Shown piece after piece: positions 21,618 through 24,000 of a stretch of DNA of 24,000 nucleotides (within the stretch, counting starts at the first letter, position 1; each line of letters opens with the position of its first letter). The stretch lies in NCBI GenBank assembly GCA_019115125.1, contig DXEG01000060.1:23725-47724 (forward strand), written 5' to 3'. Both the position numbers and the translations under genes were made by a program. The notes below the pieces were generated by a model. That model ran no database searches and had not been told where the DNA came from. It worked only from the letters and a program-made list of their open reading frames with translations. The stretch comes from Candidatus Blautia faecipullorum. GTDB lineage: Bacteria; Bacillota; Clostridia; Lachnospirales; Lachnospiraceae.

Positions 21618-22922
21618 TTAAATATCCATGCCAATGTCAACGCCATCGACGTCATTATCTACACCACCGAAGTCATCATCACCGATGCCGCCTGGGTTAT
21701 CATCGCCGATACCGCCTCCGCTTACTCCGGAATCTACAGCACCAGTATCCCCGGCAGAAATGCCGGTCGCATCCAATGCATCGGTATCTGCCTGAATTCC
21801 ATTGGACTCAATAGACAGGGCGCCTTCGTCCACGGTTACGCCGGCAGTGGTTTGCATCTCCTGTGATTCCTGAAACTCCTGAACCGCATCAATATACTTC
21901 TCACTCATCTCCGCGGTGGACTTAATCGACTCTTCCTTTGACATAGTCGGATCATTCATTGCGTGATCATAATAAGCATTCACTGAACCTCTGAGGGTTG
22001 CATTGTACTCTTCAAGACTTACCGGTTTGTTCGGATCAAATGACATCTTCGTGTCCTCCTTTGCTGATAAATTGTTTGCCTGTGTAATCTGTTGCTGAAG
22101 GCTTCTGTGGGCTGCAACCATCTCAGCCTTCACTGCTGCTTCTGTATTCTTATCTACCGGAACGTTAGTGCCAAAATACTGATTCTGGAGAGTCTGATTA
22201 AGATCCCTTTCGAAATTCAGATTCTGGAACCGTTCTATTGCTTCCTGTTCCGTTGCGTGATAGCCTGTTGATTCTACTGATTTGGCATACGCCTCGAACG
22301 ACGGTTCTGTACCGTATTTCTCTGTAAGTCTACTCAGTATTGCCGCTGTCTTCTCTTCTGCACCAAGGAATGCATCTCGCTCCGTTGACTGGAAGTAATA
22401 ACAGTAATATCCATTTGCAGTCTCACCGGTCAGATACTGGCTGCCCAACTGATACCTTCCATCCTGCTGGACAACACTGGATGTCAAGCTGTTTGCCTGA
22501 TACTCAGCTGTTTTCTGAGCATCCTCAATAGTTATCGTTCCATCGATGATCTGATCCTGAAAACAATGGGTGTTTTCATGCAAAACTGTGTTCAGAGACT
22601 GAACGTTGTAATCACTGATTGAATGCCGGATCGTCTGTCCGTTATATTCAAAGGACTGCGTACCATTGACAGCCATATCCCGGTTTACATTGATCACTCC
22701 GTCGGCCGCATTGCCGCTCTCGTTTGCCGGTAAATCTGCGAAATGTACTTCCGGCACACCAACTTCACCCTTCTCAAGAGCATCACGGTTCACAGTTTCC
22801 TGAAGAAGATCCAGTTTCTCGTTCTCTCCAAGCTTGCTGTAGGTTGATTCGCGGAACATGGCATAGAGCTGATCATTAGTCAAATTCCCATACTGAGTAG
22901 GATGTACTCCATATGCTCCCAT
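21618..22922 (-). CDS. zincin-like metallopeptidase (HExxH) with acidic Gly/Asp-rich C-terminal tail
   Basis: GGAGGT lies 8 nt before the ATG. HExxH in NTVLHENTHCFQDQ, with a downstream FQSTERDAF. The tail reads ...SGGGIGDDNPGGIGDDDFGGVDNDVDGVDIGMDI and contains two GGxGxDxUx-like nonapeptides. Confidence 0.75.
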   Translation of the reverse strand: MGAYGVHPTQYGNLTNDQLYAMFRESTYSKLGENEKLDLLQETVNRDALEKGEVGVPEVHFADLPANESGNAADGVINVNRDMAVNGTQSFEYNGQTIRHSISDYNVQSLNTVLHENTHCFQDQIIDGTITIEDAQKTAEYQANSLTSSVVQQDGRYQLGSQYLTGETANGYYCYYFQSTERDAFLGAEEKTAAILSRLTEKYGTEPSFEAYAKSVESTGYHATEQEAIERFQNLNFERDLNQTLQNQYFGTNVPVDKNTEAAVKAEMVAAHRSLQQQITQANNLSAKEDTKMSFDPNKPVSLEEYNATLRGSVNAYYDHAMNDPTMSKEESIKSTAEMSEKYIDAVQEFQESQEMQTTAGVTVDEGALSIESNGIQADTDALDATGISAGDTGAVDSGVSGGGIGDDNPGGIGDDDFGGVDNDVDGVDIGMDI

Positions 22923-22927
22923 CCAGT

Positions 22928-23233
22928 CTACCTCCGCATATTCCAGATCTTCAGCTCAGCGATTTCTATGTTGCCCTTAGCCAGTTCGGTCATAACCTCC
23001 ATGGCTTTCAGAAAATCCCTGTTCTTCCAGATTGCCAGAATCATCGGCAGCGAATACTGACCGATGTAAATGTCAGTCAGTTTCTGCCCTTTTGCCCACT
23101 CCTCTATGTTCTGAGCTAATGCAGGAGGACAGTTTTCCATCGCCTGCATGGCTTTGTCCTGCGCTGCCTCCTGTGTAAATCCATATTCCAGACGGATTCT
23201 ATCCATCAGTTGTGTTACATCGCGGTTTTTCAT
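22928..23233 (-). CDS. hypothetical protein (101 aa)
   Basis: ORF-track frame. The stop is 5 nt from the next start. It is preceded by a 19-codon uORF. Helical composition, no motif recognised. Confidence 0.65.
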   Translation of the reverse strand: MKNRDVTQLMDRIRLEYGFTQEAAQDKAMQAMENCPPALAQNIEEWAKGQKLTDIYIGQYSLPMILAIWKNRDFLKAMEVMTELAKGNIEIAELKIWNMRR

Positions 23234-23234
23234 A

Positions 23235-23294
23235 TCACACCACTCCTCTCTGTCTCACTGCTGATTTTGTCAGCATTTTAATTGATGACGGCAT
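23235..23294 (-). CDS. possible 19-aa upstream ORF
   Basis: TAAGGAGGTG lies 8-9 nt before ATG 23294. It translates MPSSIKMLTKSAVRQRGVV. The stop TGA (23237-23235) is 1 nt before ATG 23233. Confidence 0.25.
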   Translation of the reverse strand: MPSSIKMLTKSAVRQRGVV

Positions 23295-23309
23295 TACGCT
23301 AACACCTCC

Positions 23310-23588
23310 TTATGCCGCCATTTCCTCTTCATAAACTATAGAATCGACACTAACCAGAATGTCCTTACCTGCTCTGGCCGGCTTTCTGATACTGCACATT
23401 ACCTTTGTGCCAACCGGAAGTCTTCCGGTCCAGTAACCGAATGCCGGAACGAGTTCCTTGCGATCATCAAAGTCATTTTCAATATTCAAGTCGATGTACA
23501 AACCTGATCTGCTCTGTCCTTTTACGATGCCGGGCACAGAATCCCGTAAGTTGACCATTGCTTCTTCGTTGTATCCGAAATCCCACAT
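23310..23588 (-). CDS. small S1/OB-fold-like protein (92 aa)
   Basis: GGGAGGA lies 8 nt before the ATG. The pattern GIVKGQSRSGLYIDL...AFGYW...LPVGTKVMCSIRK...ILVSV follows the S1-domain beta-strand pattern (G.V.g....G.fvdl....gf........vG..v.v.v......i.lS). Confidence 0.6.
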   Translation of the reverse strand: MWDFGYNEEAMVNLRDSVPGIVKGQSRSGLYIDLNIENDFDDRKELVPAFGYWTGRLPVGTKVMCSIRKPARAGKDILVSVDSIVYEEEMAA

Positions 23589-23641
23589 AACTTTTTCCTC
23601 CCTGAATCTGTGTTGTTTTCTGTTCTGATATAACTATCTCA

Positions 23642-23671
23642 CCAACCGAGAGTTTCATCACTCCCGGTTGG
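23642..23671 (-). other. 11-bp hairpin in the 5' leader of the S1-like gene
   Basis: CCAACCGAGAG (23642-52) pairs with CTCCCGGTTGG (23661-71). The single mismatch is A-C on the plus strand but U-G on the minus-strand RNA, favouring a minus-strand RNA structure. No U-tract follows. Confidence 0.45.
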
Positions 23672-23691
23672 AATCAGTCTTAGAAATAGCT

Positions 23692-23700
23692 TTTGAAACT
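23692..23700 (-). promoter_or_regulatory. TTTGAAACT motif abutting the stop codon of the upstream gene
   Basis: Exact 9-mer directly next to the TAA at 23701-23703, about 100 nt upstream of ATG 23588. Confidence 0.3.
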
Positions 23701-24000
23701 TTACCCGCATCTGAGATCCAGGTAATTGTTTTCCTCTTTGCGATTTGTCAGCATGCTGCAATGTTCCGCATAATAGGTTTCCACATCAGCCTTACGGAAT
23801 CTGCAGGGCACAACCTCGGAGAACAGCTTAACCTTTTCCTTGTAAAGGAGTTGTACATGCTCATAGGCCTGAGGACCAGCAGCCTTTCCATTCACCTGTG
23901 TCCGAAAAAGGTTCAGATAAGACTCGTAATCTCTGACCTCATCAATCAATCCTGCTCGGGCCAACCCCACAAAAATAGCTGCAGATCTCGCCTGGCAGTT
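23701..24000 (-). CDS. hypothetical protein, C-terminal part (frame stays open to the right edge)
   Basis: The ORF-track frame 23701..23970 starts at a GTG, but the frame remains open to position 24000 (...NCQARSAAIFVGLARAGLIDEV...), so the gene probably begins outside the window. Confidence 0.55.
   Translation of the reverse strand, partial: NCQARSAAIFVGLARAGLIDEVRDYESYLNLFRTQVNGKAAGPQAYEHVQLLYKEKVKLFSEVVPCRFRKADVETYYAEHCSMLTNRKEENNYLDLRCG

Noticed and set aside
17443-22922. Calling this block a conjugative transfer (T4SS) region or ICE
   Set aside because: Only coupling-protein-like ATPases are present. No relaxase, VirB4-type ATPase, pilin, oriT or integrase is visible in the window, so the claim cannot be supported from this sequence alone.
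23479-23661. 60-aa minus-strand ORF
   Set aside because: It overlaps the better-supported S1-like gene start (strong SD at 23589-23600) in another frame. It also spans the leader hairpin and has no SD of its own.

Overview
This is an accessory, mobile-element-like stretch with a Firmicutes/Clostridia style: strong GGAGG Shine-Dalgarno sites and tightly packed genes. All calls were made by eye from the sequence and the ORF track, with no searches run.

Left module (1-8.5 kb):
- Three small minus-strand genes sit at the left edge.
- Two convergent giant genes follow. Gene A (1061..4486, +) carries a recent in-frame 645-bp tandem duplication. Gene B (4947..8084, -) has a Rossmann/GxGxxG plus EHxRW (RyR-like) head fused to a Card1/Can2-like CARF plus PD-(D/E)xK nuclease body.
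- A and B share a paralogous ~400-aa module. B is preceded by a small wHTH gene and a coupled 48-aa ORF.

A truncated, frameshifted IS110-family transposase remnant (~8608..8912) marks the junction to the right module.

Right module (8.9-24 kb), a one-directional minus-strand array, listed from the right edge of the window leftwards:
- an S1-like small protein
- an HExxH zincin with a Gly/Asp RTX-like tail
- a TraG/VirD4 (FtsK-HerA)-type ATPase
- a bacterial-PH membrane protein
- a Walker-A-degenerate paralogue of the ATPase
- a tightly chained operon: two tiny membrane proteins, a 126-aa tandem-repeat peptide, a UBC-like E2, a JAMM/JAB peptidase and a ThiF-type E1 (Bil-like order)
- a 128-aa protein, a YARHG membrane protein and a ClpB-D2-type AAA+ ATPase
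- two tandem tRNA-mimicking YrlA-type Y RNAs followed by Ro60/Rsr (TROVE+vWA)

The most interesting candidates are the ubiquitin-like operon with an odd repeat 'modifier', its physical chaining to the AAA+ and Rsr/Y-RNA modules, and the A/B giant-protein pair. No CRISPR array, rRNA or canonical tRNA was seen.
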